This document shows, piece by piece, positions 25,940 through 40,470 of a DNA stretch of 64,000 bases. The notes beneath the pieces are model-generated. The model had not been told where the DNA came from, did no database searches, and worked only from the letters and a program-made list of their open reading frames with translations. How positions within the stretch are numbered: position 1 is the stretch's first letter; each line of letters starts with the position of its first letter. Origin of the DNA: Camelus dromedarius (lineage: Eukaryota); contig NC_087437.1 in NCBI RefSeq assembly GCF_036321535.1, positions 27,406,001-27,470,000 of the forward strand. The letters run 5' to 3'. A program made the translations under genes and the position numbers.

Positions 25940-26793
25940 GTAAACTGTTGGTTGGGGGTGGGGAGGGAGGAAAAGCTACGGTCGCGGGGAGGGCGGCGGG
26001 CTGGAGGAGCCGAGACGCCCGCGGGCTGGCTGCCCCCGTCGGCACTCGCTGCCAACCCTTCTCACCCACCCGCTTCCCCAGCCCCTGGTGGGGCAGCAAA
26101 GGGTTAAGTCGGCCCCGAGCCACCGTGAGCACGGCCCCCTCCAGCCGCCGCGACCGCCAGCAGCGCGCCTCGGCGCCTGCCCGGAGCCGCCGAGGGGACC
26201 CGAGCCGCGGATGCGCCACCGGAGCCTGGCGGGCGTCTAGGAGGCACCGGCCGCTTCCCCACCGTCTGCGTCCCTGTCTCCACGACCCCCTCCAGGCCTC
26301 TCTCCCTCCTTCCCAGCCGGGTTCGCGCCCAGGTGGCGGGGTCTGCGGGGCGCGTGGCGGCGGGGGAAGGGTCTCTGCTGAAGAAGAGGGGGCGGGGGTG
26401 GGCCGCTTCTCAGTCTTTCTTGGGTAGGAGGGCCACCCTCGCCCTGGATGAGTACTTGAGCCACCCGCCTGGGGCACCAAGAAAAGTTTTTTTTTCCCCC
26501 GTGCCCTTCCCCCACCTCCAATCCTGCACCCAGCTGGGGTGGGTTTGGGTCCATTGGTGAAAAAAGTCACACGTTCCCATCAGCTGCTCCTCCCACTGGA
26601 GACAAGGTGGTTGGGTGGGGGGGGGGACCGGAGGCAGGCGCTGCGGAGGACTCGGGCGGACCTCCAGCCCCTCCTGTGGAGGTGCGTCCCGGGGCTCCAG
26701 CGCAGCTGGTTGCCCGCCGAAGGCTGCCCCCATCAGTGCGTGTCTGCGAGCGGGGCAGCGGCAGCATCCAACCTGCTTTATTCCTGCCTGCAG

Positions 26794-27365
<572 letters not shown>

Positions 27366-30074
27366 TAAATGCTCGTAAACTTTTTGAAAAATGTTGGAAT
27401 GCAGTGCATCCGACACAGGGCTTGGGTTTTGCGCCAGCTGAGCAGGGACGGGGGTGGGGTGGGGGAAGACCTTTTCTGTTGAAATTTTCCAGTTTGGAGT
27501 GGAAGTTTTTTTTAATCAGGTGATGAATATTTAGCTCTCTGAACGCACTTCTCTCTGCCTGCCCTCTCCCCTTTAAAAATCAATATAAAAGGAAAACGCT
27601 GATTTTCATCCCTAGAGGCGATTGGCTTAATTGCTGGAGGCTGTTTTGTATATGTAAAAGCAGTCAGGTTACCTTGGAAGGGATTAGGTCCCGGGATTGC
27701 TTATTTCTTTGAATGAAATTAATTGGAAACACCTTGACTCTTGCACTAGATACAGTAGCTTCAATGGCTAGAGTAACCATGGCATTTTGTAGACATGTAT
27801 ATACTTGGCAGTAGTTAACGGGTAATTATGTAACAACTCTCCAGTTATAATGGTCACCTCTGGCTACACAATTTGCCCAGGGATTTGCCTTTTTTTTTTT
27901 TTTTGAAAGATCACCTGCTACCCAGCTGTGCTTTCTGAGTTTGCCAGCTGCAGCCCACCCATCTTGTGTTTTCTTCAGCTAAACTCAAAGTGAGCACATT
28001 TTAGAACTTCTTTCTGGGAATCTAAAAACCTTCTATTAAAAAAGTTTACAGGAACATTTACATCACAGAAAGGGCTTTGTAAAGAAGGCCTGGAGGGGTC
28101 CTTTTGATAAATGTATCTATTTCAATAATAGAGGAAGAATGCTTGTTCTGGTTAAACTGTTGGTTCATAATGTTTCTGAAAGATAAGGAGTGACAACTCC
28201 TTTTGGAGGTTTAGAACATTAAGCATATTTGAGCATCCGTGGAGTAATTCAGATTAAAGCTGAGAAGGTTTTACAGGTGGTTCTCAGCAGAGGCTTAACA
28301 TGAAGCTAGGAGTTTGAGGTTTTGCAGATTTCTTCCCCACCCATTTCTCTCCCTGCTACTCCAACCCAGAATAGAGTTAATTGTTATGGAATTGGAAATA
28401 ACAAATGCTAGCAACCAAGTATAAGGAAAGTTAATAATTTAAAAATTGGTGGCAGGAAATTCTTAAAGTTTTGGTGGGGATAGACACATTGATTGGTTGA
28501 TCTTTATAGTCTTGTAATTAATGTCCTGTCACCTCTTTCCAGAGGCAGCATAACTGATAGCATCTCTAGTTAAGAGATGGTGGCCTGGGCTGCTGTGTGG
28601 GCCTATTAGTCTTTATTCCTCAAGTTGACACTCACTCAGGATTGGGGCCTCTCTGATTCTAGAAAGAATAATTTTAGATTTTAGGAGTTTATGACATTTT
28701 ATGGAACTTTAAAACTAGAAAGGGTCTTAGAGCCTCCTTTTTATAACTTTCTCTTGACAAAGTGAAACTGAGGCCCAGGAAAACTTAGCTGACTTAAGGT
28801 GTGTGGTGAGTAAGCAGAGGAGTCAGACAGCAAACCCGTATCTATGTCAAGACTAACATTGGTTAAGGAAGATTGATGCTAAACTGTGTTATTCTGATGT
28901 TATTCCCTTTCCCCCAAGCAACCAACATTTTATCTCTCTGGAGCAGAGTCAGAGTTATGTGTGGCTGTAGCCAAATTTGAGTACAATATGGAACAGGTGC
29001 TTGGCTGTTTTCGGGTGTGCTGTGGTGGGCAGTGTTTCACAAGCTTCAGTTATTTATGTGTTGTCTCAAGATTTCTCTATCCCTGTATCACCTGTACTTT
29101 TATTCTAATGTTTTCTTTAAATTAACTTTTAAGAAGCTTTTTCTGTTTCCTCGGCAGTAATAGACAGAAAGTCATGGATTTGTTGTGAGATATGTTAGAA
29201 TTTATATCAAATCGTGTGTGTATCTCATTTGAAGTTTTTATTTGATATTACACACACAGTCATTCATATGAAAATGAGATAACAACTATTAAAACTTTAA
29301 AGAGTTCATGTAAAATCATTGGTGTATTCCATCAGAGAGCTCTGGCCCATGTTGTGGGAAATGCTGATTTAGTGGAGGAAGCATGGGCTTCCAAGTTGGG
29401 CAGACCTAGATTTGGATTCTGGTTCAGCCTCTTTGCATTTGTGTGGCCCTGGGCAAGTTGCGTAACTCTTATTTGTAAATTGGTAAAAGTTTGAGAACCT
29501 TGGTTCTAGATGCATTACATTTTTGTGAGAAAAACCCTCCTGGTACAGGCTATTCTTGTTACTGTAGCTGTAGCTTTTATTATTGTTAACCAGTGCTAAA
29601 AATGCGCTGCAGAATAGCCCCCGGGGACAGAATGGAGCCCTTGAATGAAGACCTCCTGCAGAGAAGCATGGTGAGGGAGTGGGAACTGGAAGCTTTAACC
29701 TGCCTGATTGATTGCTTTCTGTTCATTTGAGAGCTTGCTGTGCCTCAGCACTCTAGAGGACTTAAGTACATGTTGTGTTATAATACTTTACCCTCTGGAA
29801 ACATAGACTGTCCTCAAGCCTTGAAAATGGGGCTTTGGAAGACTGGGAGTGCTCCTTGATTCCTCCTTCTCCCTTACACCCTATACTACATCTATCAGCA
29901 CATCGTGTCCGTTCCAGTTCCCAAAGATATTTCCAATCCATCCACTGCTCCCCAGTTTCATCAATTTCTGCTTTCAGGCTGATTTTTCTCTGCCCCGGGG
30001 CCCTTACACATGCTGCTCTGTCTTCCTGTTCACCCCTACCTCCACCGTTCCACCCTGCTCTTCTCACCAAAGCC

Positions 30075-30300
30075 TGTGGTTAGGAGGGTAGGCTCTGGAG
30101 GCAGTGTGCTTGGGTTTGAATCCTGGCTCTGCTGTTTACATACAATCCTCTTTCTCCCTGTGCCTCAGTATCCCCTCCTGTAGATGAGGATAAGAATACC
30201 TGCTCCTTAGGGCTGGTGGAAGAGAACATGGATAATACAAGTTAAACACTGAGACCAGAGCATGGCAAGGATTCAACACCCAAATATTTGCTGTTATAAA
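30075..30300 (+). mobile_element. MIR SINE
   Basis: tgtggttaggagggtaggctctggaggcag...tgggtttgaatcctggctctgct...tgtgcctcagtatcccctcctgtagatgaggataag. Confidence 0.75.
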
Positions 30301-30818
30301 GTACTGTCAGGCCTGCTTCTTCATCATTCAGGGCTCTAAGCCCAGCGACCTCCTCAGAGGCTGTTCTAGTATAAGTATATAGTTTGCAATTATGTATTTA
30401 TTTGCATGTTGTCACCATCTACTGATGGGTCAGTTTCACGGGGGCAGGGATGAGAGCTGTTTAGGAATCACTGAAGTACCTGGCACCTAGTGCAGTCAGT
30501 TCCTGGGATGCTGAGGGCATGGATACTCATAGGAGTGTTTGAATGAAAGTGGGAATGGATGAATAAGGAGAAATCTGGTGGCTGAGGTGGTGCTAGGGGA
30601 AGTCTAGGGTAAGGCAGAAATTATCCTTGCTGTCTACCTTGGAGGCTACAAGGCTGGAAGCCGAATTAAACTCTAGAAGTAGGGAGAAAGAGGAGTTTTA
30701 CCCCTAGGGTAGAAGAGGGAGGCCTACACGGCTGAATAGTAAATGTTTTCAGGAAATCAAATTAGTTAGAAAAATAGGTTGGGGCAAATAGTGAGATTTC
30801 TAGGCATCCAGAGCCATA

Positions 30819-30836
30819 GAGCGCCACCAGCAGGGC
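30819..30836 (-). promoter_or_regulatory. CTCF motif (reverse) in a small CpG-retaining patch
   Basis: Reverse complement GCCCTGCTGGTGGCGCTC, with several retained CpGs nearby. Confidence 0.6.
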
Positions 30837-30924
30837 TCAGTGCGGAGGCCGCCCGAGGACAAGTAGAGCATGACTTGCGGCGGGGTGGGGGGGGGTGTCT
30901 GCTTGTAGATAATGTGTCAAACTG

Positions 30925-31075
30925 GACACACCTGTAGGGCTTGGTAGACACAGATGACTGGGTTTTTCAGATTCAGTAGGGCTGAAGTGGGGCCCCATAA
31001 TTTGCATTTCTAACAAGATCCCAGATGATCTGCTGCTGCTGGTCCAGGGCCCTGCCTTGAGATCCCTGAGCTAGA
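30925..31075. mobile_element. MER5A-like fragment
   Basis: gattcagtagggctgaagtggggcccc...tttgcatttctaacaagatcccagatgat...gctggtccaggg. Confidence 0.75.
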
Positions 31076-32529
31076 GAGAAGAAGGTGTCCAGTTCTGCAG
31101 GAGCTAGGGAGTTCTTCCCAACCCAGGCAGGACAGGATTAGATATCTTTGTGCACCTACAGTTGCAGTAGTTTGGTTGAACAGCCAGCTTGGCCAGGCTT
31201 TGGTGCACTTTTCCCCTGAAGTTGTGCCCTCTCTGAGCTCAGATTTAAGACAGTGAGTCAGGAATATCAGCCCCGCCCCAGTGACTTTCCACTATGCTTG
31301 GAATAAAACTCAGGTGCCCTACGTTGGCCTTAGAGGTCCCACCTGTCCAGCCCTCGCTCATTTCCACAGCCACTGCCTGTGGCTTTGCGTGCTAGGCTCC
31401 ATCACTTACTGCCTGCTTGACTTAGATTGGTCATGTGGAATGGGGTTCATGTTTGTTCCTACCTCATGGGGTTGCTGGGAAGATGAGACTTGGCACACAG
31501 ATGGCACGCGTCAGCTACTATTAATATGACCCCTCCCTCGTTAAATGATCCCAGGCTGCCCATTGTACTTAGAATAACATCCACAAGACCCTGCCTTTGG
31601 AGATATGGCCTCTGATCTGAGGGCAGGGACTTTGAGTTGCTGCTTCCTGACTTGCTCAGCCACCTCCTGGCTGTGCAGTGGGACCACAGGCCACCTCTCC
31701 TTCTAGCCGGCCCAGCTCCTTTATGACTGGGTTCCTGTCCCTGCAGTCATGTTTCCTGTCATTTACTTTTAGGGACTCCCTGGCATGGAGGCAGACCTGA
31801 TAATCCATCTTCTCTCATCCTTGTTCGTTCATTATCTTGTGTTACTATGTTTTGTAGTGCTTGTCACTGTCAGAAACTCCCCTTTCTAGGATCCTTATTC
31901 TCTCTCTGGTCTGTGTTCCACACTGGGATGTAAGCTGCATGAGAACAGGGGCTTGTCTGGCCTTCACAGTTGTGAACTGCCTAGTACCTGGGATGAGACT
32001 AGATGCTCAGTAAATAGTTCTTGAAGAAGTTAATAAAATGCAGAAAGAACTCTTAATGAGCAATTGTGAGTATTTATAACATTTAACTGTCCCAATGCTT
32101 GTTTTATTTTAGTAACAATGCCTGTTTTCTTGTAGGCATCTAAAACTCTTAAAACATTAAATGCTTGTTTTAGAGACAGCTGGGGACGTGGGGTGAGGGG
32201 AGGTGAAATTTTGTTTCTTAATTATCTTTGAGAGGGAGGATGTTGAAGGTGCCAGGAAGAGAGGACAGGTTGACCAATTGCCTGGGGGAACCAAAAGACA
32301 GAGATGGTTAGGGAGCAAGCTTCCCTCAGGGAGGAGTTGGCTGGCCCCAGGGCCCCATCCTGGACCTCCTTGAATAGCAGGGTTCTGGAGGGACATCTGT
32401 GTATTTAACTTCTGCCTTCTGAGACCTTAGGCCAGAATCAGTGTAAGAAGCACTGGGTTAGAGGCCATGCTTCTTCCGGCTGCTGACAGGAGTGCTGCCA
32501 CCTAAACTTTGTAGTTGAGGCAGTGGAGC

Positions 32530-32728
32530 TCAGGTGGCTCTCATTTCTCAGGATCTGCCAACACCTGCAGCAGCATTGTCAAAAATGCTTGTTAAAAATG
32601 CCGTAATGCCCTGCCTCCACCCAAGACCTGCTGAGTCAGAATTTCTGGGAAGGAAGTTGAGGAATTTGCATTTTAAACACACTTTCTAGGTGATTCCTAA
32701 ACACACGAGGTTTTGAGAACCACTGCTT
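32530..32728. mobile_element. MER5-like element
   Basis: gcttgttaaaaatgc...gacctgctgagtcagaatttct...ttttgagaaccactg TIR. Confidence 0.75.
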
Positions 32729-34346
32729 TAGTTTGTGTCTTTACCTCTAGAGGACTTTTGTAAACCCAAATCCCCTTTATGCCTCCCTGCTCCCCCCATT
32801 TGATGTGTTGGAGTCTTCAGACAAATGTGCTATTCAAAGTATTCACATAGTGCAAATGCGTTTAGCAACTTGCCCCTCTGAAGTTGTGTTCTGATGCCTG
32901 TGGTTCCCAGCCTGGTTTTCTATCAGCTCTACGTGCCTTGGGCTTGAAATATCCACAGCTCCCTTCTGCGTGCACTTGGCTAAAATGGGGTGTAGTGGGG
33001 CAGCTCTTGATTTGCCCCATGAGCATGTTCTTTGAACTTGTTCTGGCCTACAGAGTTTTATGTTCTGTCGCGGGCCTGGGCTCTCAGCTCGGCTCTTTGG
33101 AGGCTCAGGACAAGCTGTTTCTCTGGGGTGCAGCCACCATCCTTTAGCCTGTTGGATGTTTCACTCAGGCTGGCCCCTGAAGAGACAAAATGTGATTCCT
33201 TAGGAAGCTGGAGGACCAGGAAGTGAGGTCTGGAAGGCAGACTGCCTTGGGTGGGCCCTAACTAGGAGAAGAGGCTGACCGGAGTCCTGGGATTTTAGTT
33301 GAACCAGTTAGCAGGGCCTCTCGTGGGTGTGTGCCCGTCCAGGTGATGACAGAGTAGGAGTAGGAGAATGGAGTAAGGGGAAGTTGGAAGCTCCGAAAAG
33401 TTGGGATGTATTTCTCCTGAACCGCTCCTTTAATGAGGTTCTGAACCCCAGTTGTGAGGCTTCTTGACAGACTGGGCAGGGGTTAGAGAAGGTGGAGGAA
33501 TCCATAAGGAGAGTGAACATGATGGAAGGTTCCCTTTCCCAGTGTTCTCTGAGCAATGTGATACAGGGAGCTGGGGGACTCAGCCTGCAGCAGGGCTGAC
33601 CTCCGAGTCTGAGAGGGGAAGGCCCTGGGTGGGGGCAGGGAAGAGATCCAAGGGAGGTCCTGAGGGAGGCGCTCTTACACAGCCCTCCCTGAGAAGGGAA
33701 CATGGACACCTTTGGACTTGTAGTTTGTCTTTAGATAACTTCTGGAGCTGGGGGATGGCGACAAGGGAGTTTATTATACTGTCCTCTCTACTTCTGTTTT
33801 GGAAAATTCACATTAAAAAGAAAAAAAGTCATGTTACGAAACAGTGTGATTTCTTTTTAAGAAACATATGTCTGCATAACCTGGAAGGATGATCACCCGC
33901 ATGCAGACAGGTGCTGTCTCTTGAGGATGGGTTTAGGGGTGATTTTTATTTTCTTTTTTGTACTAATCTGTATTCTGCCCTGTAACAGTAAGTGTGCACT
34001 GCCATTGTCATTAGAGGAAGTAACTTAAAGAATAATTATTAGGTAACTTTGATTGGGTTGATAGGAAAGGCTCTTTGTTGGTTCCAAACCAAGTGAGAGT
34101 GCTTTTAGCCAAGGTTTAGGCAGAGGGATCTTGAGGGTGTGGTGCAGGCACTCGTGGTGTGGTGATGGGGGGGTCAGGGTCAGTACGTGAGCGTTCCAGC
34201 TCTGCCGCTTGGGCTGTGTGATTTGGGGCGCTGTGCCATTTTCTTCGCCTGTGATCTGGGGAGAACTATACCTCATCATCTAGAGTGTTTTAAATGTGAA
34301 GGTGCACTGTAAGCTTCATTTTGTTACCAGATGTGAGGTGTAAATT

Positions 34347-34555
34347 CAGTGGCGTACCAGAGCAAGCTTGTACCAGCTGATTATTAGAATTTTAGGAATT
34401 TTGTGAGCTGATTAACGTCACGCTGGTAGCCTGAAATCTGGCACAATGGAAGTATTTACACCAAGGAAATTGGCAAATGCTCCAGATGAGGGGTTTTTGT
34501 TTTGTTCTAGTTTTTTTGGAAAGCTGATTATTAAACACTTACCGGCACAGTGCTG
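34347..34555. mobile_element. MER63-like hAT-Blackjack element
   Basis: cagtggcgtaccagagc...gaagtatttacaccaaggaaattggcaaatgct...ttaccggcacagtgctg. Confidence 0.7.
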
Positions 34556-34659
34556 GGGACAGTTGTATGTGCCAGAGACATTGGCTGCTTCATTGTCATT
34601 CTTATCCCCGGTTTCTCCTACCCGCTTCCCCCCTACACCCCACCCCCCCAAATTTTTTT

Positions 34660-35087
34660 TTTAAGCCAGATCCTCACTTTCCTAGCCTCTCTTGTAGTTT
34701 GGAGTAAACATGTGACTTATTTCTGGATAGAGATTTAATGGAAATCTGCTTTGTGACTTCTGGAGAAGAATATTTTTCCTTGCTGAAAAAATACAGGCAT
34801 GGGAGAGAGTGTCCTTTCTTAATGCCCTGATAGCTCCTTAGTTTCCTATCTTTGGGAAATTAAAAGAGGATATGATAGTTGGAGCTAGGGCACCTGTCTT
34901 GTGACCATGAGGCAGCCTATGGATGAAAAGTGGAGGTGACTGAGTGGCTTTATGAAATTGCTAAGCTACTGAACTGACCTTGGGACCACCTCTCCCTGGA
35001 TTTCCTGTTAACTAAACAAGAGATGTCCACATGGTTCAACTGTTGTCGGACCATTTGTCCATTTCTTGTAGCCGAAAGCATTCTAAT
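34660..35087. mobile_element. ERVL LTR (LTR16-like)
   Basis: tcctagcctctcttgtag...catgtgact...tcttgtgaccatgagg...gccgaaagcattctaa. Confidence 0.5.
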
Positions 35088-36211
35088 GTTGTCATGGCAC
35101 TTCCCATTTTTATTTTGCCCCCCACCTTCAAATCCTCACAGTGTAAGCCTTTTTCCCCCCCAGGGAATACACATTCCCAGGACTCTCCCACCCTCTGGCT
35201 TCATGAGTCTAGCAAAAGGTAAAGATCCCCTGCATCTTGTCCATTCGGTGGTGACTTCTGCCCAGGACCTGTCAGAAGCTGAGGGGAAGTGGAAATGGCT
35301 CCTTTATTTATTTCCATTTCTGGCAGAAGGAGTTCTGGTGGGAAGGGATGAGAGCCCCGTTCTGTTTTGTTTGGAGAGGGCAGTTTTGTGGGTCTGTACC
35401 ATTTTGAGGGGAACTAGGTGTGTTGAGAGCTGGAAGGGAACTTAGAGATGGGTTGTTCTGACTTTCTCAGGGGATGCAAACAGACGTTGAGTCCCAAGGA
35501 GGTTGAAGTGACTTGTTGAGGCGGATCTCAGCCAAGCAGTTATGTGCCCTGATTTGTTCTTGCAACTTACTCGTCCTCCCCTCTGTACACAGCCTCTGCT
35601 TCAGGTAGGCACCCTCGTGTTGCCCTGGCAATGAGAGCCACTCCACATGTTAGGTCGCCCAGTGCCTCTGTGACAGCTGGGGACTGTTCAGCTTGCCACT
35701 TATTCCGTCTTCTCAGAGCTTGCCAGAATCTTGTGTGGTGTCTCTGGGGCAGAGGGAAGAATACTCTGGAAGAATACTCAGACACTCTTGTCTCCCTGTT
35801 GTTTGGTGGGAGGTTCCCAGCCCGCTCCACGGCTTCTGGCGCAGACAGCTCCAGCATTGGCGTTTGTGGAGCTATGATAAAGGGATCCCCTTAGGAGATG
35901 CGAGGGCCTGAGAAGAGGAGAAAAATTTGAGCCTCTGGGTTTTACTTGTGGTGTTCCGAGGGAAGCATCACTGTTACCCACACCAAGCTGATTCCATCCT
36001 TCAGTCACTGCTACTGAGCACCTTGTAGACACTGCCAGCTGTGGCTTCATGAGGATGGGGCTTAAGTCTTGTATTTCCTACTGTGTCCCTGCCTTTGAGC
36101 ACAGAGCCTGGCCCATACTTCGGACTCAAAATGTCTTTTATGAATGAAAGAGTAAACAAATGCGAAGAGCGCAGGATATAGTTCTGGGCCCCTGAAGACT
36201 TCAATACAGAT

Positions 36212-36435
36212 CACTGGTTTTCATCTGGGGGTGGTCCGCCCGGGGACATTGGCAGTTTGAAGACATTTTGGGTTGTTGCAACTTGTGTGTGTGTGTGCAT
36301 GTGAATCAGCTGCTGCTGGCACCTAATAGGCATAATCCAGGGGACGTTGCTAACATTCTCTAGGACTCCTGACGGCCCCCCACAACAAAGGATTGTCTGG
36401 CCTCAGGTGTCAGTGGTTCCCAGGTTGAGAAACCC
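36212..36435. mobile_element. MER20 hAT-Charlie element
   Basis: ggggacattggcagtttgaagacattttgggttg...gctggcacctaatagg...cacaacaaaggattgtctggcc...ggttgagaaaccc. Confidence 0.8.
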
Positions 36436-36947
36436 GTGTGTGGCGGGAGTGCGAGACCTGTAAATAAGGAGTACAATGTTTCAGATTCTCTGAGAGGAAT
36501 GTGCAGTGTGTCGTGGAGGCAAGAGGGAGTGACCCACTTTTTGACAGGACCTCTAGAGGAAGAGATTTTTGAGTCCTGGACTTGGAGGATGCGTAGGAGT
36601 GGATGGAGTTGAAGATGTAGAAGGTGGCTCCTTCCGGGAAGAGGGAGCAGGCCAGAAGGAGCTTGGGGTGTGCTGTGGGCCTGAGGTGCAGTGTGGGGTG
36701 TGCAGGGGGGAGCCGGGTTGGAGTGGGAAGGAAAGGCGGGGTTCAGTTATGGGGTCCTTTGTGCGCTGTGTGGAGGCATTGGGATATTCTGGTAGAAGCC
36801 ATGAGGTACTGCTTAAGGGCATCGAGGGAGTGAGATTTAAGATGACCAAGGGTCACAGTTTGAGGGGACAGTGCCTCAGAGGGTCATGTTGAGTCAAAAA
36901 GCCTCACTAGCTGGGTGTGGTCGCTGACGTTCCAGGCCTGGGCGTCG

Positions 36948-37375
36948 GTGCGTTAGTTTCTCATGGCTGCCGTAACAAGTTACCACAGACCTGAAACAAC
37001 GGAAAAGTCTTCTCTCGCCGCTCTGGAGGCCAGCCGTCCGGGGGTGCAGGTCAGGCTGCACTCCCTCTGGAGCCCTGGGGAGAGCGTTTCCTTTCCTCAT
37101 CCAGCCTCTGGTGGTGCCGGGCATTCTGTGGCTTCCTGGTGGCCACATCTGTCTCATTTCTGCCTGTGTCTTCAAGTGGCTTTCTTCTCTGGGTGTCTGT
37201 TCTTCTCTGTGTGTGCCTTATAAGGACTCTTGTTAATAGATTTAGGGCCTACCTGCATAATACAGGATGATCTCATCTCAGGATCTTTAACTTAATTACA
37301 TCTGTAAAGGCCCTTTTTCCAAATAAAATAACATTCACAGGTTCCAGGATTTGATCAGGATATCTTTTGTGGGTC
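36948..37375 (-). mobile_element. MaLR LTR (MLT1B/C-like)
   Basis: gttagtttctcatggctgccgtaacaagttaccaca...ggatgatctcatctcaggatctttaacttaattacatctgtaaag. Confidence 0.85.
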
Positions 37376-37512
37376 CTTTTGGTCTGCAGGGCTTGGTTAG
37401 AAAGAGGAGGAGAGGATTTAGGAGGAAGGTTATCAGGATAGCAGAATTGACAGAGTGGATGTGTAAGGTCAGAGGGGTGAGTGCAAGGATGTACCAATAG
37501 TATTAGCTCAAG

Positions 37513-37880
37513 CCAGTGGTTCCCACAGTATCTGATCTTAGACTCCTTTATAATCTTAAACATTTTTGTGGATCCCATAGTGCTTTTATATAAGTTATAT
37601 CTCAGTATTTACTGTATTAGAAATTAGACATGAGAAATTTTAGAAATATATATTCATTTGAAAATAATAAACCAATTTTATATTTAAAATGTTTTCTTTA
37701 ATGAACAGTAGCTTTTTTCAAACAAAAAATAATGGAAGGAGTGGCATTATTTTACATTTTTGCAAATCTCCTTAATGTCTAGTTTTTCATATCTAGTTCT
37801 ACATTTAGTCTATCACAGTATGTTGTTTTGGTTGAAGAATATGTAGAAAATTTGGCCTCACAGATATGTAGTTGGAAAGT
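37513..37880. mobile_element. Charlie1-like DNA transposon fragment
   Basis: cagtggttccca terminus and tttttgcaaatctccttaatgtct. A related fragment lies at ~57140-57400. Confidence 0.65.
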
Positions 37881-39892
37881 TCTTGGGAACCAGAGGGATC
37901 TTGGACATGAACACTGGCTCACACAGTTGGGTAGGTAGATTGATGGTTGTCCCCAAACTAACACTGGGAACAAAAGAACTTGTTTAGTTTTTTTCCAGGA
38001 ATGGGTAAGGTGGGGAGAGAATGAGTTCAGTTCTGAATATTTTCAGCTTGAGATGCATCTGGGGAATCCTGATTGAACTGTACAGGAGTAGTAGAAATCT
38101 GGATTTGGGTGTGATACGTGCATGGATAACTGAGGTCGTGGCTGTGATGACCTGTTGAGAGTGAACAGAGAGATGGAGGAGCAGGCAGACTCTGAGGATG
38201 GAACTTCCCAGGGCTGGGCTTCCTGGTTCCTGGCAGCAGGGCCTCCGAGGAGGGCAGTTGTCAGGGAGATAGGTGTTGGGGTGATGAGTGGTCCAAAGGA
38301 GGGCTGTCATCTCCAGGGGCCTCCTCTCAGATTGGCAGTTTCCTTCTTCATGACCTTTGCGCGTCCAAGTGCTTCCTGCTGCCTGGTTGCCTGCTCTTTG
38401 TCCCTGCAACCTGACGGTTTGCTCCTTAGCACTCAGCGGTTTGTGTTTGATTTCTTTGTTAGCTGCTCTTGTCCTCCAACCAGCATTAAGTTACGAAGCA
38501 AGGACCATATCCTTTTTATCCCTCATTGTTAACCGGAGGCAAAGAAAGGGTCTGGGATATGATAGGGATTAAATAAACATTCATTGATGGGCCTGGTAAT
38601 CAGGCAGTCATTATTAGCAAGTGGTTCTTAGAAGCCCTGTACAGGGCATGGGGATTGCCAGCAAGTGTAAGACATGGTTCTCACCCTTGAGGAACTTTGA
38701 GTGGAGGGATAGTATTTCTGTGTTCAGAGCACTGAAGTCATTAAGAGGTTCAGTGGGGGTGGTGGGAACCAATGAGGGAGGAGTCAGCTCTCTTGAGGAT
38801 TAGAAAAGTCTTCAGAATGTTTTTCAAGTGACAAAGCCTCCTGGGCAGAGGGTATCAGCAAAGGCATAGAGACAGAAAATGAGACACGATCTCTGGAGGA
38901 ATTGCAGATAGTTCAGTACAGCAAGAGCGTTTGAATCATAAACTTGAATGTGTCTGTAGATTTTGGGGGCTGTTGAGGAAGAGGAAGAGATGAGAAGTGC
39001 TGGAGAGAGAACTACCGTCTGCTGGAGCAAGGCTGGCTTCGTCCTGGGGCCAGGGGACTGAAGTCCCCTGGGGAGTGACACCTTGGTGTTATCAATTGCT
39101 GCCGCAGAAAGGAGAGGAGCTAGGACTTATCCAGGACTCCCTGTCTACCTTGAATTTCCTACGACGATTTCCAGAGTCAGTTTGAACGTGCAAAGATTTT
39201 CCTAGGCAAGAAGAAACTCAGCCTGCAGCCTGCATCGAGCGTGCCACAGCTCAGCGATGCAAATGCTGCCTTGTTGTCAATTAAAATTTGGTGGAATTTG
39301 CGGCTTTCCTTTTCCAGCCGTTTCACTCATGGATTAATCTAATGAGGTTGTTGTGATTAGGACCATTTAAGGCACTGGCAGCCGTGAAGAACTAACAAAA
39401 ATGTATTTTGTCTGAAGTGTCACTGGAAGTTTTTGCTAAGATGCTGGTTTACATAAAGGTATAGAGGCTCTGTCAAAATTATGTCCAAGGCAGTGCTAAA
39501 TAATCTTTCTCCTGAGTACTGCGAAGGAGGTTAATATTAACATTGCTTAGGTTTTGTTTTTTTGTTTTTGTTTTGCTTTGTTTTTTTAAGCTCTTCACAG
39601 TGCTGTGCTAGTAGACAGTATGGAAAATATTTTTGGTGTCAGAGCTGTTTTTATTCTTCGGTCAGTTTTAGACTAAATGTCAACTCTTTCTTTTGGGAAA
39701 AAAAAAGATTGTGAATTGGAGACGTTTACATTTGAACGACTCTTATGAGATCTGCTCTTAAGTAAATAAACAATCGAAGTGTTTTTGAAGTTATATTTTC
39801 ATTTACTTAGTACCTGATCTGTGCCTCCCACTGCACTCAGGGATGTGGGGGTGTAGAAAAGAAATAGAAGTCTGCTTCTGTCCTCTCTGGAA

Positions 39893-40126
39893 CAGTGCTT
39901 CTCAAAATATCTGTGGTGAAGGACCAGTATTTTTAAAATTAATTTTCAATCTGTTGCAGACTGATATAAATGTGTGATAAAAATGAATTACTAGAAAAAT
40001 GAAATGCTGCTTGAATGTAGCTGCGATATCAAGTTGCTATGAAAGTTTCAAGCACTTCCTCTCCATTTCTGCAATATTCTTGTTGAGAACCCGTCACAGT
40101 TTCAGACTACAGTCTGAGAGCACTGC
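39893..40126. mobile_element. hAT-Charlie non-autonomous element
   Basis: Imperfect TIRs cagtgcttctcaaa ... tgagagcactg. Confidence 0.65.
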
Positions 40127-40269
40127 TCTGGAAATTAACATCAGGTTTACTGACGCACATACAATTTAAAAGATGACTAACGTATTAGTTTTTGTTTATT
40201 TTTAAATCGAGGAACAACCTATAAGGTGTATAAAGTGCCTCATGACATCAGGATAGCCAGTGCCGATTG

Positions 40270-40470
40270 TATTGGTGATACTGAGTGCTTTACGTGTTTG
40301 GTTTTATGCCAGCCTCACAGACACCTCTTAGGTCGGTAATGTTATCTCCTTTTCACAGATGAAGAAACTGAGGCGAGGAGGGGAGGGGTCACTCGCTTGC
40401 CTAAGGTCACTGAGCTGCACAGTGATGGAACTGCAGTTGGACTTCTGAGCCCGTGCTATAACCATTCCAC
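40270..40470 (-). mobile_element. MIR SINE
   Basis: ttcacagatgaagaaactgaggc...cttgcctaaggtcac core. Confidence 0.75.
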
